Source of the DNA: Naegleria gruberi
Taxonomy: Eukaryota
Strand: one strand, 5' to 3'
NCBI GenBank assembly: GCA_000004985.1
Contig: GG738929.1
Length of the DNA: 64,000 nt
Shown here: positions 1-10,632 of the stretch, piece after piece
Layout of the letters: each line of letters opens with the position of its first letter
Position numbering within the stretch: the first letter of the stretch is position 1
Notes under the pieces: model-generated
What the model was told of the DNA's origin: nothing
The model's input: only the letters and a program-made list of their open reading frames with translations
Databases searched by the model: none
Made by a program: the position numbers and the translations under genes

Positions 1-271
1 TAGTTCTCTGAATTTTGTGATAGCCCATTATTGAATTTTTATGTGGAGTTTGGAATAGACGTTTAATAATGATGTTGTGATTATTCTTGTTTGTGCCAAT
101 GAAATGTTGTTGTCTTGATGAGAGGGAAATTAAAGATTTCATCAATTTTTTTAATTTTTAAATAAAATTTTAAATTAGCCATTTCTTGGTATTCTCTTCA
201 TAAGTAAGTACTCCAGTAGGCATGGTGCTCTATCCATTGTGCTGTTTTAACCCCATCTCTGAATTCGAATT

Positions 272-3200
272 TTATTTTTCCAAGATGGTTTTCACAACAT
301 TTCTAATTTGTGTTTGAGATATTGGTTTTAGACACACAAGATCCATTCCTGCACGTTTGCACAAGCTTTCTCCATCACTATCTCCAGTCGCACCAATTAA
401 AATACAAGAAGTAGCAGGTTTCTTTTCTGCTTCAAATAGTCTTATTTTTTCGGCACATTCCAATCCTGACATTACATCCATGTGTACATCAAGAACAATG
501 GCATCAAATTTGTTAGGGGTATCAAAATTCTCAATATAAGCATCAAGAGCCTCTTTACCATTTGAAACACCCTTAGTTTCAATCATGAGCTTGTGTGGTT
601 CATTCTTGACCTGCGAGAGATGATTTTCTAGCTCACTATTTCCAGTAAGACCACCAAATATCTTGAGCATAATATTCTTATTAATAACATTATCATCAGC
701 TACAAGTATTCTTAATTTAAGTTGTTTCTCTGATGGTCCACTATCAGATGATCCTGAGGGAGACGATTGGGGTGATGTTTCAGATGTTTGCGGATCTTTG
801 GAAATTGCTGGCAAGTTTGGCTCTGAAATTAATGCCTTCTTAGGGAATTGGAATTTTTCAAAATCATTCTTCTCCGTGCTTGAAAAGGAAACAGTGGAAT
901 TCTTCATTGTTAATATTTGTTGAATCATATATTGGAAAGAAAAAAGTGTTACAGGTTTTCTAATTGATAAATCAAACATAGACTTGTTGGATTTAGGAAG
1001 ATTTGTATCCTTTTTGATAAAACTTAGGAATCTTTTAGGTTCAAATCTATCAAACCATACAATTAATTTAGGTTGGATGACTTGATTATTTGTAGCAAAT
1101 TTAGCATTATGTGACTCTATTAATACTTTCAGTTTAGAAATGGTTGAATGAATTCTTTCAATCTCTACTGGAGAATAAATAAGAGTACTATTTCTTCTAC
1201 CAGCATTGTTTGATTGATTTGCAGCCTTAGATTCAGCATTATGGGAGGAAACATGAGCTGCAGTGAAAAGAGCATTCTCGCTCTTTGGTAGATTGTCAGG
1301 AAGGAAACAAGCGTCATCCAAAATAATGAAAGAAATAGGTTTCTTAACTAACCAATCATTAGGATTAGATGATGATCTGTGCAAGAACTCCTCAGTGAAT
1401 TGCTCTATCTTGTCAGCATTTACAAATACGTTTTCAATATTTTCCATTGTTGCAACCTTTTCATCAAACACTTCTCTTAAATAATTGGAGAGGATGTTTC
1501 TCACTTTTGATTCTTTGTAAAGTACGAGACAAATATTGTTGCCATAATTTTTGGAAAGCTTTTCCTTTACCTCCATAATCTTACTTTCATCTGTAAGAGG
1601 TAATCTCTTATCAGCTCTGTCAATAATCTTGTCATAGTCCTCTCCTCTTGCAGCCTTTTGAAAAACAACTGTAAACCAGAAATTACTTCCACTGGAACCA
1701 TTACTCTTACAACCAATGTCACCATTCATGAGGGTTGTAAGGTTTTTACAAATACTGAGACCAAGACCACTTCCTTCATACTCCTTATCCTTTTTCAATC
1801 TTGAAAATACTTTGAAAAGATCTTTTTGTTTTTCTTGAGGAATACCGATACCAGTATCACAAACTACTACAAATACTTTCACTGTGGTTTCAGTTTCTTC
1901 TGGAACATCAACCAAGACAGAAACCGATCCTGTATGAGTAAACTTGATAGCATTACCCATCAAGTTTGTTAGAATTTGTTGGAATTTGTGAACGTCACCT
2001 CTAACAACCAATGGTACTCTATGTTTAGATCCACGTTTTACATCAATTTCAAGTGCTACATCAATTCCCTTCTTAAAGGCAGTAACACTGTTAATAGAAA
2101 TAATTTCTTCAACAGAATATTGTAAATCAAAGTTTGAAACATCAAGCTCAACACTTCCAGATTCTAATTTTGATGATGAAAGAACGTCTTGAATAATATT
2201 ACTCAAAATATGGCAACTGGATAAAATCATATTCATCCATTCTAGACCTTCATGAGAATCTACTGTTTGTTGATGAACAAAGTCTTCATGCATCTTTTGG
2301 GCAATTAAATAAATCGAGTTCAAAGGATTCTTCAAATCGTGAGAAATCATACTAAAGAAAGTTGTTCTACTTTGAAGTTCTATTTGTGCTTCTCTGGCTT
2401 TTTCATTCATTAATTTAACTTGATCATTAAGTTCATTATTTCTGATGATGAACACATCAACTTTCTTAGAACTCAAAAAATCTACTTTGTGTGTGACCTC
2501 TACACCAAATCTATCACCAATCTTGGTTCTTGCCTTACATAGAGTCCACTTATCTGTTGCAATGACTGGAGGTCCAACAAGCAAATCCAAAATATTTTTA
2601 GAAGCATGTATTATTTCATCATGTTCATATCCAAACATTCTTTCAAAAGCAAGATTAACATAGATAATCTTCTTTTTCCTTCTACTCTGTATGATTATTG
2701 CTTCGTTTGTAATGTTTAGCATGTTAGATAATCTTGTTTCAACTTCTCTGATTTGAGACCTAAATGCCTGATGCATATTATTAAGAATGAGAATTGCAAC
2801 TACAAAGGGTATCGATATAAATAATATATCACAAAAGTAATCTCCATAATTTAAAGACAATCCTGGCATTAATGATTCTAACCATCCAAATTGTATGAAG
2901 GCTAGAATATATCCAATAAGAGCAACAATGGCAGTTTTGATGCTCGAAAGTCCAATAGCTGCAAAAATTGTTGGGAAAATTACGAGTCTCATGTTAGAAG
3001 CGAGAATTAGATGATTGTAAAGAGTTGTTTGATTTTGTTCAAAAATTAGAAGTGAAAGGATGGAGTTAGTATCAATGGAAGATGAAGCAAGATTAATTAG
3101 TATGAAAGGAACGGTGAGAAGGTAGAAAAGGAAAACGTAGAGGTAGGCATGTGGGAAGGGTGAACGAAAAAGGATGAATCCAACTAATGAAAATGTAGCA

Positions 3201-3858
3201 TCTAGAATGTACAGCAGTGAAAGTGTTTTAAATCTGATTAGTTGTTGTATGATCACTATAATTTAATAGAAACATTGATGATCATTTATGAATAATTTAT
3301 GAATAGGGTAAATGAATGAATATTCAATAATAAAATTTCGTACATACTTGATATGCTGAAGAAGAGATGGAAAACAAAATACACTGAATAGTAAGCTATT
3401 GATAATCTCTCGTATGGGTCCTTAATGCTATTATGTGCTCGCAAACCAGGGAAGTTTACAAACCTATATCCCATCAGAAATGATGATGATTTACTAAACA
3501 GATGCGAAATAAATCTACGGAAACGGGATCTTGGTTTTGTATCTGGTTCCTCTTCCTCATCATCATCATAATCACGGTCTCTCTCTTCCTGTTGATTATT
3601 TGGTTCGAGAGAAGGCTGAATAGCTATTGTTGTTTGGTTATTCCCCACATCATTTATAACTGTAGAAGGCTCGGATAAGTTTTGTTGTTGTTGTGTATTA
3701 GAAAGAGGTGTTGTTGTTGTTGTTGGTATATTAACTTTGTGTTCAACATTCCTACCAAGTAAATTTGTCGTCGTCGTCGTAGAAGGAGGAGTTGTAGTAA
3801 TAGTTCCTTCCACCACTATCGATGGTGATAACGGTTCGTTATTATTGGTAGAAGGCAT
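272..3858 (-). CDS. Hybrid sensor histidine kinase, two exons: join(3858..3348, 3255..272). It has an N-terminal Ser/Thr/Asn-rich region, multiple TM helices, HisKA, HATPase_c and a C-terminal receiver domain.
   Basis: H-box SHDLKNPLNSI is present. The N box NLMGNAIKFT, G1 DTGIGI and G2 GSGLGLSI are present. The receiver motifs ILVADDNVINKNIMLKIF...DAIVLDVHMDVMSGLE are present. The upstream ORF 3286..3858 is in frame across a 92-nt GTATGT...TTATAG intron (3347..3256). Its last base a plus tg from the next exon re-forms an ATG codon, which is why the track shows a GTG-started second ORF. The real ATG is at 3858. Confidence 0.8.
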
Positions 3859-4792
3859 TTTCTATTTTTTTTTGGGCTGTCCTCTGGCAACAAACTTGGC
3901 AAGAGTAAAATGCTTCATAAAGATAAAAATTCAAAACAACTTTAGCGCCAACTCCATCAAACGAATTAATGTTCTCTGGTAGTGAGGGTTTTTTTTAATA
4001 TGTGGTGATAGGGAAGCTCTATGCTGCTGCAAAATACTAATTACTACAGCAGCGAAACAAACACTGAGTGAATTGCTTTGCTCTGAAATATTACAACAGA
4101 AATAACATCTTGGAGGAATATAAACTCATAAAGCAATCTTTACCACTAAAAAAGTCCCTTAAAAACTGCTTCGAATGTGCTCATTTCTTCAATTGTCTTA
4201 ATAAAATGATGTTATAATCATCAACAGGACAAAAAATTCGGAGAAAGTGACCCAGGTTATAGCTCCAATTTATCAAATCTAGATTAAAGATAACACCATT
4301 CAGCGAAATGGTTTGTCCTGTAAAGGGCTATCAAACTATTCAGAGAAGAAAGATTACTAACAGTTCCATGATTTTGGAATGATAGAGGGACTTATCCATG
4401 TCATTGCAGCGTTATCTAACTGTTAATAAAAGAAAATTAAAACGATTCCATTTCGTATTGGATGTACATGAAAAAAACGAAGAAAAATCTTCTCACCTTG
4501 TTTGGTGCACTCCACAATTAACCAAAATCTCATCTCTACTTCTTCATTATGGTCATATCCTTGTTTCCAAAATCAAACTCAAACATGATTAAGAAATGCA
4601 CTTTATCAGTGCAGTTAAATCAAATTAGTACCCAAATACTCAATTTCTCAACGTGGAAATAAAATAACAAAAGCACTCGATGAATGGTATTCTCTGAGTA
4701 GTACTGTGCTTGATTGGCTTCTTTTCAATGTCTTCAACAATAAAATTATAAACACAAATTAAAAATTCAAATAAAATTTGAAACACAAAAAA

Positions 4793-5776
4793 ATGGCACC
4801 AAAACAAAAAGCCAAACAACAACAAGAAAAACCAAAGAAAATTGAAGTGGACAATCATTCATCATCGGATGATGACTCTGATAGTAGTGATGATGAAATG
4901 GTGACGATCAATCCTAAACAATATGCTAACAAAATAATTTCTATGGAATATAAATTAAAAGGATCTTCAAATCCACAATATATGTTTTATAGGCTTCATA
5001 ATGGTCAATTACCTTCTTCATCATCAGGGGATAAAATTGATAGAACAAGAGGACATGTTTTATTCTGTACAAATCCATCACCTTTTTTAACAGAAAATTC
5101 AATTTCCGAACTCTTTTCTAAAACCTTTGATACAGAAATTGGACATGTAGTGATGAGTCATTTGGAACCAACATTGGCCAATCAACAAGATAACAAAGCA
5201 TGGTTGGAATATCAATCCCCATTTTCAATGTACAAAGATTCACCACAACTTAAAAGTGGAACTTATCACTTGATGTTAAACAAGGCATCAGCTGTGAAAT
5301 CTGCTTTAGATAAACCAACTATCAAAACTTCACATCAAGTTGAACCATCTAATTTTGGTATTGAAAAGTATTTAAATGATTATCAACAAATTCAATTCCC
5401 ATCCGGTAAGAATGAAAGACAAGATATTAAAGCAGAACTTAATCAATATTTGAAGGAATTTGATATCAAGGAAAAGGAAAGAATGAGAGTTATCAATACT
5501 TTGAGAGGTAAGGTAGATGAAAAAGGTTGGACTAAAGTTTTCCACAGAGGTAATCAAGGTCCAATTCATGCATCTGAATTGAAACAAAAGAAGAAAGTCA
5601 AAAAGAATAATGTAAAGATTAAGCATCAATTGGATTTACCATTCTACAAGTTCCAAAAGGTTGAAAAGAAGAAGAAGGCCTTTGAGGATTTGAGAGAACA
5701 ATTCGAAAAGGACAGGGAACTCATTGAAAGAATGAAGAGACAAAAGAAATTTGAATCCATAGGTACAACTCAATAA
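4793..5776 (+). CDS. Rrp7-like ribosomal RNA processing protein (single exon)
   Basis: The C-terminal motif LDLPFYKFQKVEKKKKAFEDLREQFEKDRELIERMKRQKKF matches the RRP7 C-terminal domain signature (FYRFQ...REKKK...EDK). The N-terminus is acidic and serine-rich. The true ATG is at 4793; the track start at 4778 is a TTG. Confidence 0.55.
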   Translation: MAPKQKAKQQQEKPKKIEVDNHSSSDDDSDSSDDEMVTINPKQYANKIISMEYKLKGSSNPQYMFYRLHNGQLPSSSSGDKIDRTRGHVLFCTNPSPFLTENSISELFSKTFDTEIGHVVMSHLEPTLANQQDNKAWLEYQSPFSMYKDSPQLKSGTYHLMLNKASAVKSALDKPTIKTSHQVEPSNFGIEKYLNDYQQIQFPSGKNERQDIKAELNQYLKEFDIKEKERMRVINTLRGKVDEKGWTKVFHRGNQGPIHASELKQKKKVKKNNVKIKHQLDLPFYKFQKVEKKKKAFEDLREQFEKDRELIERMKRQKKFESIGTTQ

Positions 5777-6122
5777 ATTATTACAACAACCATATTATCT
5801 TCTTTGAATTTCATTTATTTTGCATTTCTTCAATAATTATCGTTACTAGTATATTTCTTCTTACAAGAACAAGACACTTGTGAAATATGTACTCGTAGTC
5901 AATAGATACGTTTAATCCTCTCCAATTCAGAGAATAATTCACTCATGTTCAGTGTCTTGTTCAATGATGATTGTTTTCATCATCTCCTCAATTCAACAGC
6001 CAAAGAAAAGGAATTTCATATTAGAAGCTCCGTGTCGTTTTCTGCTTCACCACTTGATTTTTCGAAAACAAATAGAAGCTGAAAATAGAACACTAAAAAT
6101 TTTAATATCAAACTGTAAAAAA

Positions 6123-7690
6123 ATGTCCTATGTAGAGTAAGTAGTCAAAATCATCGGCATCGGGAGATGTTAATTTTATCATTATATAACTATCGGATAG
6201 TTTTGTTACCCCAGCTATTGAACATGCTAGACAAGCAGCTGAGAAGGATGAAGCTAAAAGTTATGATGAAGCACAACGTCTTTATTTAAAATCGATAGAC
6301 TTTTTCATGACTGCTATTAAACGTACGTTTTTTTTGTATTCAAGATTTATATTAAATCATATGATGATCAATTAATAGATGAGACTAAAAATCCAAAAAA
6401 GAAGGACATGTTGAAACAAAAAGTTGAGGAATTGATGGGTAGAGCTGAACAAATTAAAACATTCTTGAAAGAAAAATCAGAAATAGAGAAGGGTGACGCT
6501 GATACTTCGAATGGTGGATCACCTGCTGGTGGATCAGTATCTAAAGCAAAGTAAGTATTGTTTTTGTAATATATTCATGATCATGATGATGAAATAGATC
6601 AAAGAAGGAAAAAAAAGAAGAGGATGAAAAACAACAATTGATGGGACAATTGGAAGGAGCTATTGTAAAAGAAAAACCAAATGTAAAATGGGAAGATGTT
6701 GCAGGTCTTGAAGGAGCTAAAGAAGCTCTCAAGGAAGCAGTTATTTTACCACTTAAATTCCCACAACTTTTTACAGGAAAGAGAACTCCATGGAAAGGTA
6801 TTTTACTTTATGGACCACCTGGTACTGTAAGTAGTCATCATAATAGTAGTTATTTGATACATCTTTTTTATAATTCTTCAAATCATTAACAACAGGGTAA
6901 AAGTTATTTAGCTAAAGCAGTTGCAACAGAAGCTAATTCAACATTCTTTTCTGTTTCAGCTTCTGATCTTGTCAGTAAATGGCAAGGTGAATCAGAAAAA
7001 TTAGTTCGTTCATTATTTGACATGGCCAGACAAAACAAACCAAGTATAATTTTCGTTGATGAAATTGATAGTATGTGTAGTTCTAGAGGAGAAGGAGATA
7101 ATGATAGTACTCGTAGAATTAAAACTGAATTCCTTGTTCAAATGCAAGGTGTGGGTAAGGATGACAGTGGAGTTTTGGTTTTGGCAGCTACAAATATTCC
7201 ATGGGGACTTGATCCTGCCATTAGAAGAAGATTTGAAAGACGTATTTATATTCCATTGCCAGATCTTCCAGCTAGAGTTGCAATGCTCAAGATTCACATT
7301 GGCAAAACACCAAATACTCTGAAAAAAGAAGATTTTGATGAATTAGCCAATTTAACTGACGGATATTCTGGTTCAGATATTTCTGTACTTGTAAGAAATG
7401 CACTTATGGAACCTGTTCGTACTTGTCAAATTGCAACACATTTCAAAGTTGTGTCTGGAACATGCCATTTAACAGGTCAAACTTGTGATGACATGTTGAC
7501 ACCATGTTCTCCTGGTGATTCATCTGCTATTGAAATGAGTTTAATTGATGTTCCTTCAGACAAATTATTACCTCCAGATGTATCAAAGAGAGATTTTATT
7601 AAGGCCCTTCGTACAGCAAGACCATCTGTTTCTAAGGATGACTTGCATGCTTACGACAAATTCACCAACGATTTTGGTCAAGAATGTTAA
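6123..7690 (+). CDS. vps4: Vps4 / SKD1 AAA ATPase, 5 exons: join(6123..6136, 6201..6322, 6379..6550, 6598..6826, 6896..7690)
   Basis: There is an N-terminal MIT domain ([36 protein letters not shown]). Walker [19 protein letters not shown] is split by an intron after GPPGT. Walker [10 protein letters not shown], the [15 protein letters not shown] and the C-terminal VSP/TPCSPGD...FTNDFGQE are present. Similarity to human VPS4 is very high as recalled from memory. All introns are GTAAGT/GTACGT...AG and 47–69 nt long. Confidence 0.9.
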
Positions 7691-7755
7691 TTCTCGTTGG
7701 TTAGATTGTACAATTATTTTGTAAAATTAAAATATAATTATATTATTAAATAATT

Positions 7756-9708
7756 TTATTTCGAATATTCCTTTTCAATAAAACTAATAATTTTCTTTGC
7801 TTGTTTCTTATCCATTCCATTTTCAATACCTTCCAAAGAACCATGATGAGCTCTATAAGCTGAAAGATATTCCTTAATATTTGCATCGGTGAGATCTGAT
7901 GGAATTTGAGGTGCTGGACCTTTCTTTTCAGGTGTTGCAGGAGCAGTCTTTGTATCTTCTTTAACTGGTACGAATGTATGAGGTTCTTCTTGGAAGAGTG
8001 GGTGTTTGCTGAAATCTTGTTCAGCAGCGTCCTTCTTACCTGCTGCTGCCTTTTTTGGTTTGGCGATCTTTGGCTTTTTAGCAATCTTCTTGGCTGGTCT
8101 CTTCTTGATGGCCTTCTTTTTCTTAATGATTGCCTTCTTAGGTTTCTTGTTTGCCTTAATAGGATGCTTATTCGAAACTTTCTTATTGTCTTTCTTAGGT
8201 TCTGGTTTCTTTTCAGCTTCCTTTGGTTGTTCCTTCTTTGGTTCCTCTTTTGGCAGTTCATAAGGATGTGGATCATCTTGGAAAAGTGGATGAGTGGCAA
8301 GGAGAGTAGCATCATCTAATTCCTTCTTTGGTTCCTTTGCTTTTTTGACTGGTTTCTTTTTAATTTGCTTCTTTTTCTTTGGAAGTTTCTTTTCCTTTTT
8401 CTTCTTTTCAATTGATTTCTTCTTTGGAGCTTTAACAATTGGTTTTTCAGAAGAAATCTTTGTTTCTTCTTTTGTCTTTTCCAATGGTTTCTTTGGAGTT
8501 TCAGCTTGTTTTGTTGGCTTCTCAGATTCTTCCTCTTCAATTGATTCAGGTTTTACATCTTTCACCAAATCATCTTCAGGTTTTGGATTTTCAACTTTCT
8601 TTTCCTCAACATTTGGTTTCATTTCATTTTCCTTTGGTTGTTCTTGAACTTTCTTTTCAGTTTCCTTTGGTTGTTCTTTCAATGGTTCTTGAACTATTTT
8701 CTCCTTTTCTTCAGGGGCAGGAGTATTTGGTTTGTTATCAACCTTCTTCTCAACCACAACTTCTGGTTCAGAAAGTTTCTTTTCCTCTTTTGGAATTTCA
8801 ACTGACTTTTCCTTCTTCTTTTCCAATTTTTGATTCTTTGGTTGATCTTTCTTTGGTGTAAATGGTTCTGGATCTAATTGTAAAAGTGGATGATTTTTCA
8901 AATCTTCATCAAGTGTTGTTGGTTTCTTCTTTTTTGGTTTCTTTTCATCGATGAGTTTCAAATACTTTTCAATGACTTCATCATGTTTTGCCTTCTTTTC
9001 TTGTCCTTGATAAACAATTTGCTTTTTTCTCACAATTTGGGGAATTTTCTTTTTTGGTTGAATTTTCTTTTTAATTTCCTTCTTTTCCTTTTTTTTAGGT
9101 TTTTTATCTTCTCTCAACAATTCATCTAAACTCTTTTCATCAATTAATTCTTCATCCTCTTTCTTTGATTTCTTTTTCTTTACTTGCAAAATTCCATTTT
9201 TCTTTTCTTTTTCAAGAATTTCATGTTTTTTAACATTTTCACTCTTTACAACATTATGAACATTTGCAGCACCTGAATTCTTTTCATGATGATTCAAATC
9301 AGAATTTGGTGTTGTTGGATTTACGAGGGTGGTGGCTCTTCTCTTCTGTTGCATCATCACCACCACTAGAAAATATAAACTTGCCAATAAGAAAATTAAA
9401 ATCAACAAAGTTATCAAAGTTCTTCTCATACTTCCAAAACAAGTTGAAAATAGAGAAGATTGCTTCTTTCTGAATTGATACTTGTTTTTTAAATCATCAA
9501 CATCTTGTGTTTGTTTTTGTCTAGGAGTTGTTGATTGATGTAAACTGTTACTTTCAATGTCATCGTTGGAATGATTGCTGGCAGATGAATGACCTCTTCC
9601 TCTCATTGTATGTCCATAGGAAGGAATATATTCTATTGATGAATCATTTTGATCCGGGGGTGTAATTGTTGATGATTGATGTGTGGCAGGTGTTGAAGGT
9701 GTAAACAT
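7756..9708 (-). CDS. Lys/Glu-rich type-II-like membrane protein with three HPLFQ(D/E)(D/E)P(H/E)x(F/Y) repeats (hypothetical)
   Basis: The ATG at 9708 is real. There is a single TM segment TLITLLILIFLLASLYFLVVVM after a Ser/Thr-rich N-terminal region. A very K/E/P-rich domain follows, containing the repeats NHPLLQLDPEPFTP, THPLFQDDPHPYELP and SKHPLFQEEPHTFVP. Many overlapping reverse-frame ORFs here are low-complexity artefacts. Confidence 0.5.
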   Translation of the reverse strand: MFTPSTPATHQSSTITPPDQNDSSIEYIPSYGHTMRGRGHSSASNHSNDDIESNSLHQSTTPRQKQTQDVDDLKNKYQFRKKQSSLFSTCFGSMRRTLITLLILIFLLASLYFLVVVMMQQKRRATTLVNPTTPNSDLNHHEKNSGAANVHNVVKSENVKKHEILEKEKKNGILQVKKKKSKKEDEELIDEKSLDELLREDKKPKKKEKKEIKKKIQPKKKIPQIVRKKQIVYQGQEKKAKHDEVIEKYLKLIDEKKPKKKKPTTLDEDLKNHPLLQLDPEPFTPKKDQPKNQKLEKKKEKSVEIPKEEKKLSEPEVVVEKKVDNKPNTPAPEEKEKIVQEPLKEQPKETEKKVQEQPKENEMKPNVEEKKVENPKPEDDLVKDVKPESIEEEESEKPTKQAETPKKPLEKTKEETKISSEKPIVKAPKKKSIEKKKKEKKLPKKKKQIKKKPVKKAKEPKKELDDATLLATHPLFQDDPHPYELPKEEPKKEQPKEAEKKPEPKKDNKKVSNKHPIKANKKPKKAIIKKKKAIKKRPAKKIAKKPKIAKPKKAAAGKKDAAEQDFSKHPLFQEEPHTFVPVKEDTKTAPATPEKKGPAPQIPSDLTDANIKEYLSAYRAHHGSLEGIENGMDKKQAKKIISFIEKEYSK

Positions 9709-10159
9709 TTTTTTTAAAAATGACTAGATGGGTGACAGACATTTTTGATCTTATGCTGACTCACAGTCTTATGTGTTAATGGTGGTGAGGTATTAATAAT
9801 AATGCATTGAATAAAGTGTTTCTCTGATTATAATTTTTATTAGAAAGTTCCATATTTGGTTCATTGAGGTAAAAATATTGTAATAGAAAAATAATTTGAA
9901 TCATTATCTATTATCCTTATATTTTGAAATTGAATTTCAATAATTAATATTTCACTTTCCTCTTTTTATTTGAGATGCGTAACGTTAAATAATGATATTA
10001 TTCAGTAGTTAAGCAATTTATTGGTGATCTGAATTCAACCACATACATGGATATTGCTAAAATCGATTAAATATAACTTAACCGAGCTAATATTTCAATT
10101 ATTATTAGAAAACTCGCAATTTCCTTACATAGCTCTCAATGTAAGGAACATCGATAATG

Positions 10160-10627
10160 TCAGGTTGTTCTAAGGAGTGGTAAATTTTTAGATTTCATAT
10201 CTGGTTTGATGTCATTTATAATATCCAAGTGAAGTCGAGTAATTGCACTCAGCAAGTAGAGGGAGAGATTCATTCGAGTTTGATAATCAAACTTTTCGAA
10301 TATGGAACTAGTATTAAGGGTGAAATTGAACTTTTTTGTAATTATTTCACTCCATGTTGATGCAGAGCTAGAAAATTCTACTCGGAAATAAGGAGGAATG
10401 AGATTTGCAAGCTCTTTTTGATAAATAAATTGAAAACATTGATATTCTCTTTCTAAATCTCTTGGAAGTTTTAAAATATATAATTCGGAATGATTTGTTT
10501 CTTGTTGTAGTGAAATTTCATACAAATTTACTTCTAAACATTTAAGAATTGTTATTTGACAATTTGTTGTATTGTTTGATGCTAAATTATTGTTATTCCA
10601 CTTCCTATTGATTTTCAATGATTTCAT
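10160..10627 (-). CDS. Hypothetical 155-aa protein
   Basis: This is a clean ORF with a real ATG at 10627 and a coding-like composition. I recognise no family. It starts only 5 nt downstream of the stop codon of the FG-GAP gene on the same strand. Confidence 0.4.
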   Translation of the reverse strand: MKSLKINRKWNNNNLASNNTTNCQITILKCLEVNLYEISLQQETNHSELYILKLPRDLEREYQCFQFIYQKELANLIPPYFRVEFSSSASTWSEIITKKFNFTLNTSSIFEKFDYQTRMNLSLYLLSAITRLHLDIINDIKPDMKSKNLPLLRTT

Positions 10628-10632
10628 TTTTT

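Noticed and set aside
4398-4858. Short ORFs 4398..4592 and 4640..4858 in the intergenic region between the histidine kinase and RRP7
   Set aside because: They have no codon bias, no recognisable domains and non-ATG or isolated starts. The 4640..4858 ORF is antisense to the RRP7 5-prime end.
7746-9129. Multiple ORFs overlapping the KE-rich gene on both strands (7746..8315, 7906..8319, 8006..8263, 8294..8647, 8316..8540, 8439..8861, 8890..9129)
   Set aside because: They arise from low-complexity AAG/GAA-rich sequence, which is open in several frames. Only the 650-aa frame has a real ATG, a TM segment and coherent repeats.
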